Sequence record: MW460245.1 | Reading direction: 5' to 3' (one strand) | DNA: 64,000 nucleotides | Part shown: positions 17,596 through 27,415 of the stretch, one piece after another | Position numbering within the stretch: the stretch's first letter is position 1 | Layout of the letters: every line of letters starts with the position of its first letter | Position numbers and translations under genes: made by a program | The notes under the pieces: model-generated | The model's input: only the letters and a program-made list of their open reading frames with translations | Told to the model about the DNA's origin: nothing | The model's database searches: none

Positions 17596-19431
17596 ATGGA
17601 TCCACTCTTTTATTACCCGGTGACACTTCACCGTGATATGCAAGCCTCCGATGTGTTGGCTTCCACGACCATCCGTCTTCCTGTCCAGCAAAACATCACC
17701 GACTTGGTGATGACGCTGGTGGATGGTGAAGGTCCGAAGGCTGACCAAGCGATGTACCTGTGGGACAGCTTCAAATGGCAGATGGTTCTCCCGTATATCG
17801 ACGTGTGTGAGTCGGTGGTACGTGGTGACCTCATCCACATCTACTACGCCCTTTCGCAGGACGTATCGTCTCTCCCTGAAGGCAGCCTTGTCTACAAGAA
17901 CGGTATCCCGTATGAGGGGACCGTACTGACTGCATCCTCGAATGCAGTGTGGACAGTTCGGCAGCCTGCTGCGTTGGCATCTGGTACCGTTCAGTCGGTG
18001 AACCACAAACTACCAGATGCTAAGGGCGATGTCGAGATAGGCATCCCTGATATCCCTGGACTCGAACAAGCGTTGATCGATGCAGGGAAGGTCAAGACGG
18101 TCAACATGCAGCAGCCTGACGCTAACGGTAACGTCACGACGGCTGTTGATTCGACTGATGCGACGCTCGGTGTTTCGCTGGTGCTCGACACTGGCGTTAC
18201 GAGCGGTAAGGCAACGATTAAGAAGCTGGTGCCTGGGACTGGCATCCAGCTGACTCAATCAGCGGACAGCAAATCGGTAACCATCGCATCGACTGGGGCT
18301 CTGACTTCGTTGATGTCAGTCGGTACTGGTAACTCATTGGTGAAGGATGACGGCAGCACGTCGCACGTCCCGCAGATCCGTTCGCTGGCTCAAGGTCCTG
18401 GTATCACCATCGTCCTGAACGCTGACCAGAGCACTCTGACGACGTCCTGGGATCCGTACGCTGCTAAGACGAACCAGCTGGGTGCTGTCAAAGTGCCGAA
18501 TGGTGGTGGTCTTGCTATTGCCGTTGATGGTGCCCTGACCTCTGCGCCTCCTACTGCGACCACGATTGGTTCGGTTAAGGCTGGTACAGGGGTGACGATT
18601 GATCCTGATGGTACGCTGAACGTTACGGCACTTGGTGGCGTTACGTCAGTCGATGGTCAGAAGGGTGATGTCATCGTTAAGGCGGTCGATACGTCCACGC
18701 TGAGCGGTAATTCGCTTGTATCTGATAGCGGGGCAACGACTGGTATCATCAAGGTGAAACGCCTTGTAGCTGGTACTGGCGTAACGCTGTCCGACGATCC
18801 GAACGGTAACCTGAAGATCGATACGGCTGCTACTGGCGGCGGTGTGATGTCGCTTACTGGTGGTACAGGTGGGGCAAAGCTGACTGGTGATATCCGACTC
18901 ATCGCTGGTCCTGCTATCAGCATTTCTTCCCTCGGTCAGGACATCCAGATTAGCGGTACTGGTGTCGAGGAAGCTCCGAACGATACGAACACCTACGTTC
19001 GTGGCCAGATGAAGTGGATCGTTGCACCTCCGCTCGACAAGGCCATCACGTCGGTAGATGCTGCTACAGGTACTGGCAGTGTCATACCGTTGGTGATGCC
19101 GAATCCGCCAGCCAACCATGCAGTCATCAAATCGCTGGTTGCTGGTAACAACGTCACCATCACTGACAACAACGCAGGTATTCTGACGATTGCTGCATCG
19201 TTGCCGAACGGTACGGTGGCTACGGTGCAAGGTGTTCCGCCTGACAACACTGGTAACGTGACGCTCACGCCGCAAGTGCTGAATGCTCTCGACAAGCGTG
19301 GTGATGCGATGGCTGGACAACTGGACATGGCAGCGCATGTGCTGACGGGCCTTGTCGATCCTGTGAATCCGACCGACGCCGTGAACCTGCGCTCGATAAG
19401 CTCCATCGTAATCGACAACGGTACCTTCTGA
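17596..19431 (+). CDS. Tail fibre protein (repeat-rich)
   Basis: ATG 17596 after GAGGTG; VxSVNxxxPDAxG and K.LVAGTG(V/I)TL repeats; EEAPNDTNTYVRG; DPVNPTDAVN motif. Confidence 0.8.
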   Translation: MDPLFYYPVTLHRDMQASDVLASTTIRLPVQQNITDLVMTLVDGEGPKADQAMYLWDSFKWQMVLPYIDVCESVVRGDLIHIYYALSQDVSSLPEGSLVYKNGIPYEGTVLTASSNAVWTVRQPAALASGTVQSVNHKLPDAKGDVEIGIPDIPGLEQALIDAGKVKTVNMQQPDANGNVTTAVDSTDATLGVSLVLDTGVTSGKATIKKLVPGTGIQLTQSADSKSVTIASTGALTSLMSVGTGNSLVKDDGSTSHVPQIRSLAQGPGITIVLNADQSTLTTSWDPYAAKTNQLGAVKVPNGGGLAIAVDGALTSAPPTATTIGSVKAGTGVTIDPDGTLNVTALGGVTSVDGQKGDVIVKAVDTSTLSGNSLVSDSGATTGIIKVKRLVAGTGVTLSDDPNGNLKIDTAATGGGVMSLTGGTGGAKLTGDIRLIAGPAISISSLGQDIQISGTGVEEAPNDTNTYVRGQMKWIVAPPLDKAITSVDAATGTGSVIPLVMPNPPANHAVIKSLVAGNNVTITDNNAGILTIAASLPNGTVATVQGVPPDNTGNVTLTPQVLNALDKRGDAMAGQLDMAAHVLTGLVDPVNPTDAVNLRSISSIVIDNGTF

Positions 19432-19443
19432 AGCGAGTAGACC

Positions 19444-20778
19444 ATGCCAACTATCAAGGTTAACATACCAATCCAGCTGTATCGAAGTGCAACACCCGGT
19501 ACGACGCCTCCTGCTGTCAACATGCTCGAAGGCGCGCTCGCCATCAACATGGCAGACAGGAAGCTTTTCTTCAAGGACAACACAGGGGCTGTGAACCAGA
19601 TCGGGGTGGCACGCTCTGAACTGGCGAAGGTCGCGTTCAGCGGCCAGTACGCAGACCTGATCGGTGCTCCGGGTCCTGGTGGTTACACCCTTCCAATTGC
19701 TACGGCCACTACGCTTGGTGGTGTGAAGGCAGGCGGTATGGGGATCGCTATTAGCGGCGCAGACGGCACGATCTCGAATACTGGCATACTGAAGATTCAA
19801 GGTGATACGAAGGTCCCTAAGTCTCCAGATGCAACAGGGCTCGCTACGCTGAGCAGCACCGACTTCAACATTCCTATTGACCTGATGACAGGCCCCTCCG
19901 GGACGATCCTGTCGAAGTACATCCCGCAGGTTGAGTCTGGTCTCCACTGGCAAGGTAATTGGGACGCAACTGCCAACAACCCACAGCTTCTGGATGGCGG
20001 TAAGTTGGGACCTGCGCCAGGCACGCAGCTTGCGAACGGTTCCTACTATATCGTATCGAAGGCTGGTAACACGCCTTTGGACGGCATCACTACATGGACA
20101 GTAGGTGACTGGGCGCTGGTTTCGAACGGTGTATGGACGCGTATCGCCAATGCAGGTTCGACGGTCACGTCGGTGAACAAGAAGACTGGTGACGTAACGT
20201 TGACTGCAACGGATATCACGGGTTTTGCCAAGGTAGCAACGACTGGTCAATACAGCGACCTGCTTGGCATACCGGCAGCCTACGTTCTGCCTGCGGCAAC
20301 GACGACAGCCCTCGGTGGCGTGAAGATCGGCACGAATCCTGCAGGTGACGCACCGTCAGCGACCCTGGCAAAGGTCGCGATAAGCGGCGACTACAACGAC
20401 CTGGCAAATCGCCCCAGTAATCCTGATACGGCTCGCATCGTGTCGAATATCAGGGGCGTGCCAACGATCATAGATGAGGAGTTCTATCTCTTCACTGAGA
20501 CGGTTACGTTCCAAACGAACTTCACCGGATCGCAGGCGCGGTGCAAATACCAAAGTGGTCAGAGCGCAACGGTTACCATTCGTCGGTATACCGATGCTTT
20601 GCCTGCAGGTGAGGACGTAGGGACCATCTTCTTTGATGGTACCGGCAAAGGGACATTCACGTCGATCATCCAGACACCGACGTTCAACGCAGGTGACCAG
20701 CTTTCCTACAAGTTCACGAACGCTACCAACCTGACGCTTGCAAATATCGCGATGCGCGGTCTCTACAGTGCGGTCTAA
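19444..20778 (+). CDS. Tail fibre protein with Mtd_N-like N-terminus
   Basis: IQLYRSATPGTTPP....EGALAINMADRKLFFKD; LAKVAxSGxYxDL repeats; WQGNWDA...NGSYYIVS..G...GDW domain. Confidence 0.8.
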   Translation: MPTIKVNIPIQLYRSATPGTTPPAVNMLEGALAINMADRKLFFKDNTGAVNQIGVARSELAKVAFSGQYADLIGAPGPGGYTLPIATATTLGGVKAGGMGIAISGADGTISNTGILKIQGDTKVPKSPDATGLATLSSTDFNIPIDLMTGPSGTILSKYIPQVESGLHWQGNWDATANNPQLLDGGKLGPAPGTQLANGSYYIVSKAGNTPLDGITTWTVGDWALVSNGVWTRIANAGSTVTSVNKKTGDVTLTATDITGFAKVATTGQYSDLLGIPAAYVLPAATTTALGGVKIGTNPAGDAPSATLAKVAISGDYNDLANRPSNPDTARIVSNIRGVPTIIDEEFYLFTETVTFQTNFTGSQARCKYQSGQSATVTIRRYTDALPAGEDVGTIFFDGTGKGTFTSIIQTPTFNAGDQLSYKFTNATNLTLANIAMRGLYSAV

Positions 20779-20795
20779 GGAGTTAGGAGCAAAAC

Positions 20796-21932
20796 ATGGC
20801 AGCACGACAATTCGTGGTCGCAGCGGAGAGCTTCGACATATATTCGAACGGGAACCTCTCAACAGACTACCCGTGGTTCATAACCAACGCGGCCCTCACG
20901 CCGCAAATCAACATCAACGCCGGTGCGTTCAACCAAGGCGCGCTGACGATGCCGACGGTTGGTGCACCTGCAGCTTTGACGTCAGGTGCTGAGTATCAGT
21001 TCCCAAGCACCATGCAGCTCCTTCGAGGAAGCACGCTGGCTGGTACCAAGTCCCTGTTCGCTTTCAGCGGATGGCTGAACGTCAACAACATGGGCAACGG
21101 CAACGGTACGTTGCTTGGCCTCGGTAGCACGCTGAACAGCGGTGTTGCCTACCCGCTGCTGAACATTAGCCAGAGTGCCACGTCTGGTTTGAACCTGCAA
21201 TTCGTGACGAACATCAACAGTCCGACTAGCACGCCGTTCAACTTCAACCTGGCGCTAAACACGTATTACTGGATCACGCTTGCATTCAGCTTCGAAGGGA
21301 CTGCGGCTGGCAGTGGTAGCCTGAAGGCATCGTACTTCGTCAACGATACGCCGCTGCTACAGAATCAGCAGATTGCATGGACTTCGGATATCTTCATTCA
21401 GGGCCAGCCTGCGAACCGTCTCAAGCTGTACGGTGCGAACTTCATCAACTACTTCTGGGATGACTGGGTTATCCAGTGCGTGAGCAGCGCTGATCCCGAA
21501 TGGCCTGCACCTGCTACCGTTCAGCCTGATGTGCTGCCGCATATCCCGGCGCGACATATCCAGGTCTATTCGGCGGTCGGACCTGGTTCGCACGCTGAAT
21601 GGCAATCAGACGCAGGTGAACCGAACTGGCAAGCCGCAACTGATCCTACCGGATTGAAGTACGTGGTAGCGAATGACCTGGGACTCCGGGATACGTACAA
21701 GTGGAGCGGACCGGCAATGAACGACATCCGAGGCGTGGTGTTGCGCAGCGCGTCGCAACGATACCAGAACGTGATAGGTGTATCCCAGCCTCAGGGCGCC
21801 ACTGACGTAAAGCAGCCGACGAAGGTTGGTAATGGGCCCTCGCACGCTATTAGCGTCCTCGAAGACGACGGCACCAATCAATGGACAAGTGCAACTCTGG
21901 CAGCCGCTGAATTCGGCTTGCTGTCCAAGTAA
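20796..21932 (+). CDS. LamG/concanavalin-like virion protein, paralog A1
   Basis: ESFDIY N-terminus, YYWITL..., WDDW, NWQ, W..A C-terminal pattern shared by four paralogs. Confidence 0.6.
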   Translation: MAARQFVVAAESFDIYSNGNLSTDYPWFITNAALTPQININAGAFNQGALTMPTVGAPAALTSGAEYQFPSTMQLLRGSTLAGTKSLFAFSGWLNVNNMGNGNGTLLGLGSTLNSGVAYPLLNISQSATSGLNLQFVTNINSPTSTPFNFNLALNTYYWITLAFSFEGTAAGSGSLKASYFVNDTPLLQNQQIAWTSDIFIQGQPANRLKLYGANFINYFWDDWVIQCVSSADPEWPAPATVQPDVLPHIPARHIQVYSAVGPGSHAEWQSDAGEPNWQAATDPTGLKYVVANDLGLRDTYKWSGPAMNDIRGVVLRSASQRYQNVIGVSQPQGATDVKQPTKVGNGPSHAISVLEDDGTNQWTSATLAAAEFGLLSK

Positions 21933-21943
21933 TAGGAGAGAAC

Positions 21944-24343
21944 ATGACTATTCCATACATGCAGGGTTTCGAGACTATTCTCGATGACTCTGACTTCCGG
22001 GCCCAAGGCTGGCAAGCGCCTGCAGCATCGACCATGCCTGTCGTAACGCCTCCGTCCATAACGCCTATGCAAGGTCGTTCCTTGAGAACGCTGCCTCCTT
22101 ATAACTCTGACCTCGCAGCAGGGGACGGTGGTAACATATATGTACCTGGGGCATACAACACAGGTATCACTGTTAACCAAGCTTGGAAAGCAGGTGGCTT
22201 CTCTTTCGGTTTCACTGGTAAGTGGAACGACCCCAACAACCGTTATGCATTTGCACAAGGTCAGATCCTTGGGGCGTCCGCGTTTAACAATGGTCAATTC
22301 TGTTTTGACGGCACCCTGTACTGGGCTATCCGAGCTACTATAGTCATAGGTGGTACGCCAGTTCTGACGCTGGCTAATAGCCCGGACCTGATAAACTGGA
22401 CGGTGTTCGCCAATCAGCCTCCGGGAGCTCTGACTGCAAACCATTCGCTTTCTAGCCCAAGTCCGGGCCAGCTTGCTATCGTCCATATTACGTCCGGTAC
22501 GCCTAGCGCTGGGAACATTTCGCCTGTAGTCTATTACCTTGACAGGGCAGGTGGTAACTGGACAACCCTCATGCCGGATGCTGTACCGACTACCACAACG
22601 GGTGCAACAGGCAACGTGGCAGGCTACGTAGGGGCTACGGGGAACCCTGCGTTCCCTCACGTGATGTATTATGGGTACAACTCGTCCAACAATGGATTTT
22701 CTGCCTTGCTGGTAGGGAACCTTGCTACAGGTATGACGAGAGTAGCAACACTGGGTGGTTCGGCAGCCGGTTGGACTGTAGGCGTTAACCAGATCAAGGT
22801 TCAGGACGGTGTCATATGTGTTCTGGCTGGACGCCACGGATCTGCTCCTACCATGTGGTCTGCTAAGGCCAACGATCCTGCGCTCAACACTACTGCTGCC
22901 TGGTCAGTGGCTTTGATGAACATTGCAACGCAAGGGCCTGTTACTGACATAGCGTACCATCAAGCCTCAGGCTTGTGGGTAGCTGGCGCAGTGACAAGCA
23001 CTACGGCAACATCAGGTATCTATACTACACCTGCCGCAGGTGGAGCAGGTTCTGCTATAGCACCTTTGGGTGGTCCTGCGTCAAACAGTTTGACAAGCTT
23101 TCCAGCACCTCCCAATGTACCTATGACCGTGCGGTCCACAGATACAGGGATATCGAACGTCTACGTGGTCAAAAACGTTGTGTATGCGTTCTCTGGAAGC
23201 AACGGCAATAACGCGAACGCGACAGGTGCGATCATGACCTCGACCGACGGCGTAACGTACACTCCGCAGAAGCGCATAATGCCTTTGGGCGCTAACTTCA
23301 AATCGGGGTATGCAGGATCTTGGCGTTCTGTTTATTGGACTGGGTCTCAGTATGTCATGTGTACTGCCAACCCTAACCCAGTTAATAACGTCACGCTCAA
23401 CGCCAACTTCATTATAGTGTCGCCTGACCTTGCCTCAGACTACGAGTGCAAGTACGCGTCTGAAGGGGTCGAAATTGGTGGGATTACCACTAACGGTGGC
23501 AGCACTGGACTTGTTGTAGCGACTGCTGCGCCTACGGCAGGTACGTTTACCCAAGCATCCGCACCTGGAGGTGCCCTTCAGTTCTATTCTGCTTCGCCTG
23601 CGTCGAATCTCAGAAACGTAGGTCTGGTTACCAATGGAGGCGGTTGGTATCTTCAGGCGGCACCGCAGCCTGCAACAGGTTTGATATCTGCGGAGTGGGT
23701 GGCACGGGCTACGGCCACGCCAAATACCTTCGTGGTTGACCTGTACATTAACAACGCGCTTGTCGGTACTGGTACTCCTTTGTTGTTGGGTTCAAGCCAG
23801 GCTGACGTAACCTCGTTGTTCCTGATTCAGGTGGATCGATTCGGTAGATTGACTGCATTCGATGACATTACCTTTACCTTGTTGGATGGTAAAGGGTTGC
23901 AGGGTCCGCTTGGTCCTATCAACCTGATCTCGCGCGCATTCAACCAGGACGTTCAGGATCAGTGGGTACCTAATGGAGCGGCAACGAACGTTCAGGCAGT
24001 GACCCAAAAAGGCCTGTCGTCTCGCAACGACCGCTTTGTGTCATCTACGAACGCAGGTGATGAGGACAAATACGCAAGCACGACGCCTATTCCTGCAGGT
24101 TACACTGCGAAGGCGGTTATGCTGGAGGGATACTTTGCACGTACCTCTACCACCAACCCTGTAGTGCAGCTATCAATTGAGAGTGGCGCGGCTAACGCTC
24201 GAGTCTCCAGCGGTCAGGTCAACATAAACTCTCAGAATCCGACCTACGTGGCAGTGATCTCTGACATCGATCCTGCAACGGGCAAACCGTGGACCAACGC
24301 AGCAATTGCGGCGGCACGGGCAGTACCGACCCACATCTCGTAA
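21944..24343 (+). CDS. LamG-like virion protein paralog A2 with large central insert
   Basis: Same termini as A1/A3/A4 (QGFETI; FDDI; DPATGKPWT); insert with NSPDLINW, TSTDGVTY, VSPDL Asp-box-like motifs. Confidence 0.6.
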   Translation: MTIPYMQGFETILDDSDFRAQGWQAPAASTMPVVTPPSITPMQGRSLRTLPPYNSDLAAGDGGNIYVPGAYNTGITVNQAWKAGGFSFGFTGKWNDPNNRYAFAQGQILGASAFNNGQFCFDGTLYWAIRATIVIGGTPVLTLANSPDLINWTVFANQPPGALTANHSLSSPSPGQLAIVHITSGTPSAGNISPVVYYLDRAGGNWTTLMPDAVPTTTTGATGNVAGYVGATGNPAFPHVMYYGYNSSNNGFSALLVGNLATGMTRVATLGGSAAGWTVGVNQIKVQDGVICVLAGRHGSAPTMWSAKANDPALNTTAAWSVALMNIATQGPVTDIAYHQASGLWVAGAVTSTTATSGIYTTPAAGGAGSAIAPLGGPASNSLTSFPAPPNVPMTVRSTDTGISNVYVVKNVVYAFSGSNGNNANATGAIMTSTDGVTYTPQKRIMPLGANFKSGYAGSWRSVYWTGSQYVMCTANPNPVNNVTLNANFIIVSPDLASDYECKYASEGVEIGGITTNGGSTGLVVATAAPTAGTFTQASAPGGALQFYSASPASNLRNVGLVTNGGGWYLQAAPQPATGLISAEWVARATATPNTFVVDLYINNALVGTGTPLLLGSSQADVTSLFLIQVDRFGRLTAFDDITFTLLDGKGLQGPLGPINLISRAFNQDVQDQWVPNGAATNVQAVTQKGLSSRNDRFVSSTNAGDEDKYASTTPIPAGYTAKAVMLEGYFARTSTTNPVVQLSIESGAANARVSSGQVNINSQNPTYVAVISDIDPATGKPWTNAAIAAARAVPTHIS

Positions 24344-24352
24344 GGAGCAGCT

Positions 24353-24715
24353 ATGGCAGGCAATCCTGTAAAGGGGCAGGCCGTAGCTGAAACCGTCCTT
24401 GTGGTTCAGTCACCAGCGGCAAAGGCTCAGGCCTTAACGGAAGTGCTGCTAGTGGCACAAGGAACGGCTGGTACAGCTAGGGCACTGAATGAAACCGTAT
24501 TGCTCGCCGCACCTCGCAACATCCAGAGCAGAGGTTTGTTCATGGAGGTGTTGGGGAGCGGTAGCATCACAAACAAGGTCCGACAGACGACCATGGAGGT
24601 ATTAGGCGGCGTGGCGTTCGAGACGCGAAGTGCTTCGCTGTTCATGGAAGTGCTAGGCGCTCCAGATACACCTCCGAAACCAATCGGTCAGAAGGTCACG
24701 TGGTTCAACACCTAA
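24353..24715 (+). CDS. Small repeat protein (xxEVL repeats)
   Basis: About six ~12-13 aa repeats: AETVLV, LTEVLL, NETVLL, FMEVLG, TMEVLG, FMEVLG. Confidence 0.7.
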   Translation: MAGNPVKGQAVAETVLVVQSPAAKAQALTEVLLVAQGTAGTARALNETVLLAAPRNIQSRGLFMEVLGSGSITNKVRQTTMEVLGGVAFETRSASLFMEVLGAPDTPPKPIGQKVTWFNT

Positions 24716-24724
24716 GGAGTTGAA

Positions 24725-25015
24725 ATGAGAGTAGAACAGGTGGACGATATCATCGTTGTGCATGAGTTCAATGCCGACGAATGGATGGCGTTGGACCTTT
24801 CGCAGTATCCCAAGGAGTGTACGATAAACTTCGCTGAAAACACCCTGACGGCTTCGCCGGCAGTCATTGCGTTAAACACGGAAGGGCGCATGATGAATAT
24901 GGTGCAGCGAATCGAGTATGTGCAGACCTATTACGAGAACGGTTTCAGCGTCTCTCCGATGCAGAGGTCGTTCGTTCAGCTTCTTCCGGTGCAATCGGTA
25001 ACGCAGGGGGCATAA
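24725..25015 (+). CDS. Hypothetical protein, 96 aa
   Basis: AGGAG RBS; coupled to the next gene. Confidence 0.7.
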   Translation: MRVEQVDDIIVVHEFNADEWMALDLSQYPKECTINFAENTLTASPAVIALNTEGRMMNMVQRIEYVQTYYENGFSVSPMQRSFVQLLPVQSVTQGA

Positions 25016-26034
25016 TGTTCCAGTTCTGCGATTCAATGGATGCCTACGCACGGACAGAAGACATCCTCGGTAAATGGGTCTACAACTCTGGACTGTCCTT
25101 CGAGGCAGGCGCTGGAAAATACGGAGGTGTAGCGCTATCAGGGACGCAAGGCTACGGACGAGTAGGATTGGCAGGCACCTCAATTCCGGCTGGTGTGCCT
25201 ACCTACGTAGCAGGCTGGTGGAAGTTTACGAGTGGTCTCAACGCTCTGACATCCGGCGTAGGGATGGTGGTGATCAACACTAGTATGGTGCTCCATATCA
25301 CCAGCGGTGGTACTATAGGTGTGTACGACACCAATAGAAACCTGAAAGGTCAAGGGTCAAGGTCCATATCTGATAGCGCTTATCACTGGATCGAGGCAGC
25401 CATAACCGTAGACGGGGCTAACTCTAAGGTGACAGTGTATGTCGATGGTCTCAAGGACATAGACGGCACCTTCGACCTGGGGGTAGCTGCTGCACCTCAA
25501 ACGATGGTAGGTCTTGGAGTTGGTACTGTCGTTAGCAAGGCGTACATGGATGACGTGATTGTGTGGGATAACCAATCGGGTGACTCATTCACGTCGTTCC
25601 CGATTGGTATCAAACGGATTGGACTTCTGAATCCGAATGGGCCAGGAGCGTCTACTAAGTTCGTGTCCTCAGATAGCACAAAGGCTAACTGGCAAGTAGC
25701 AAGTCAGCCTTACGTGCCTGTCCTGCCTGCGGTAGTTGCGACCCTGTCGGATGCAGGCATAGACAACATTGATCTGTATACGGCGAATGCCTTAGGCTTC
25801 ACGCCAACAGGTGATCTCAATGTAGTGGTCAGCATCTCTGGATCAAACCCCTCAGGTGACGGTGCACACAAGCTTGGGGCAGTGGTTCAGAGCAATGCAT
25901 TGCAGAACGCAGGTCTTCGACAAAATCTTGGTTCAACGCCGCTGACGAGACAGACCATGTTCATGTACGACCCTGCGACGAACCCCTGGACGCTGGCTTC
26001 AGTCAACAACATTCAAATCGGTATGAAGGACTAA
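25015..26034 (+). CDS. LamG-like virion protein paralog A3
   Basis: FCDSMDAY, YVAGWWK, YHWIE, KVTVYVDG, MDDVIVWD, NWQVASQ, DPATNPWT. Confidence 0.65.
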   Translation: MFQFCDSMDAYARTEDILGKWVYNSGLSFEAGAGKYGGVALSGTQGYGRVGLAGTSIPAGVPTYVAGWWKFTSGLNALTSGVGMVVINTSMVLHITSGGTIGVYDTNRNLKGQGSRSISDSAYHWIEAAITVDGANSKVTVYVDGLKDIDGTFDLGVAAAPQTMVGLGVGTVVSKAYMDDVIVWDNQSGDSFTSFPIGIKRIGLLNPNGPGASTKFVSSDSTKANWQVASQPYVPVLPAVVATLSDAGIDNIDLYTANALGFTPTGDLNVVVSISGSNPSGDGAHKLGAVVQSNALQNAGLRQNLGSTPLTRQTMFMYDPATNPWTLASVNNIQIGMKD

Positions 26035-26036
26035 CC

Positions 26037-27080
26037 ATGGCTCATTTGTTCAGTGAAGGTTGGGACGTATATGGTGCCATCACAGATGTGATTGGTTGTG
26101 GTAAGTACCGTTGGGTTACCACACCTGCCGGTTCCAACCCAGGCTTTGGTCTGACGGCAGGCAAGTTCGGAGGCAGAGCATTGCTGTCTCTGACTGCAGG
26201 TTATGCAGCCACTATACGGTGCGACATGCCGAAACCGATTCCGTCAGGGAGCACCTTTTACGTAGCTGGCTGGTGGAAGCTTGCCTTCGGGGGTGGTAAA
26301 ACCACTGCTTCTCCCTACGCGCTAGTAGGAGTCAACGGCTTCAACATCATCTCGTATGATGGGCAGTACCTGACCTTGCGTAACGGGCAGGTAACAGCCC
26401 CTGTAGCAACTGGTACCACCTTCCTTGCAGATGGTTACCACTGGATCGAGGTATCGATCCAGCTTGCGGGTGCCAATTCCAAGGTCACGGCCTATGTCGA
26501 TGGTATCCAGCAGTTCAGTGGTACCTATAACCTAGGTAACCTGCCGGCTCAGGACATCCCTGTTGTGTATATCGGTACCGATTATGGAGTCGCAAACGGG
26601 TTGAATGCTCTGGATGATTTCATTATATGGGATTCGACGGGCGCCGACTTCAACACGTTCCCTATGGGACCACGTCGTATCGGTCTCATGAATCCTGCAG
26701 GTCCTGGAGACATGACGCAGTTCGTCTCGTCTACTGGAGCAGCTAACTGGCAAGTCGCGAGCCAAGCCTTTGGTAATACGCCGATACTTGCTGATGGTGG
26801 CACAGGCTTGTACGATCTCTACACGTATTCAGCACTGCCGTATGTACCGAAGACGACGGTCAATGCGGTAGTCGTCAACACACAAGCTCAGAACCCTGCA
26901 GCCGACGCGCAGCACTCTGTGATGAGCAGGATAAAGTCAGGAGGCGTGTTGGCCTCTGGGACGCCGAAGGTGTTGGTAGCGACGAACACCATCAATACTG
27001 ACGTTTTCACACGAGACCCCTCTGGCAATCCTTGGACGCTGGCTTCGTTGAACGCATCCCAGATAGGTTTTGGAGATTGA
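26037..27080 (+). CDS. LamG-like virion protein paralog A4
   Basis: Closely similar to A3 (YVAGWWK, YHWIE, KVTAYVDG, LDDFIIWD, NWQVASQ, DPSGNPWT). Confidence 0.65.
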   Translation: MAHLFSEGWDVYGAITDVIGCGKYRWVTTPAGSNPGFGLTAGKFGGRALLSLTAGYAATIRCDMPKPIPSGSTFYVAGWWKLAFGGGKTTASPYALVGVNGFNIISYDGQYLTLRNGQVTAPVATGTTFLADGYHWIEVSIQLAGANSKVTAYVDGIQQFSGTYNLGNLPAQDIPVVYIGTDYGVANGLNALDDFIIWDSTGADFNTFPMGPRRIGLMNPAGPGDMTQFVSSTGAANWQVASQAFGNTPILADGGTGLYDLYTYSALPYVPKTTVNAVVVNTQAQNPAADAQHSVMSRIKSGGVLASGTPKVLVATNTINTDVFTRDPSGNPWTLASLNASQIGFGD

Positions 27081-27081
27081 C

Positions 27082-27408
27082 ATGGCTACCTCAACCTCTC
27101 AGGTACAGAAGGTATATGCTGAGGTGATCGGTGGTGATCCAAACGCGGTGTCTACATCTTACGCGCAGAAGGTGTATGCAGAGGTCATCACTGGCAGCGT
27201 ATCTGTTGCCATAGTGTCAAAGAACTACACTGAGGCTATCACCGACTCGTCTATTGCGCCCAAAACTACCGTGTCAAAGGCGTATGCGGAGGCTACTACG
27301 GGGCTGGACGTATCACCTGCAACCGCGGTAGTGAAGCAATGGGTTGAGGTCATCACGGACCTTCCGAACGCGAAGCAACGGCGCAGCGTCTACGTACACA
27401 TTCATTGA
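27082..27408 (+). CDS. Small repeat protein (KVYAEVI repeats)
   Basis: Five repeats: QKVYAEVI x2, SKNYTEAI, SKAYAEAT, KQWVEVI. Confidence 0.7.
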   Translation: MATSTSQVQKVYAEVIGGDPNAVSTSYAQKVYAEVITGSVSVAIVSKNYTEAITDSSIAPKTTVSKAYAEATTGLDVSPATAVVKQWVEVITDLPNAKQRRSVYVHIH

Positions 27409-27415
27409 GGTCTAT

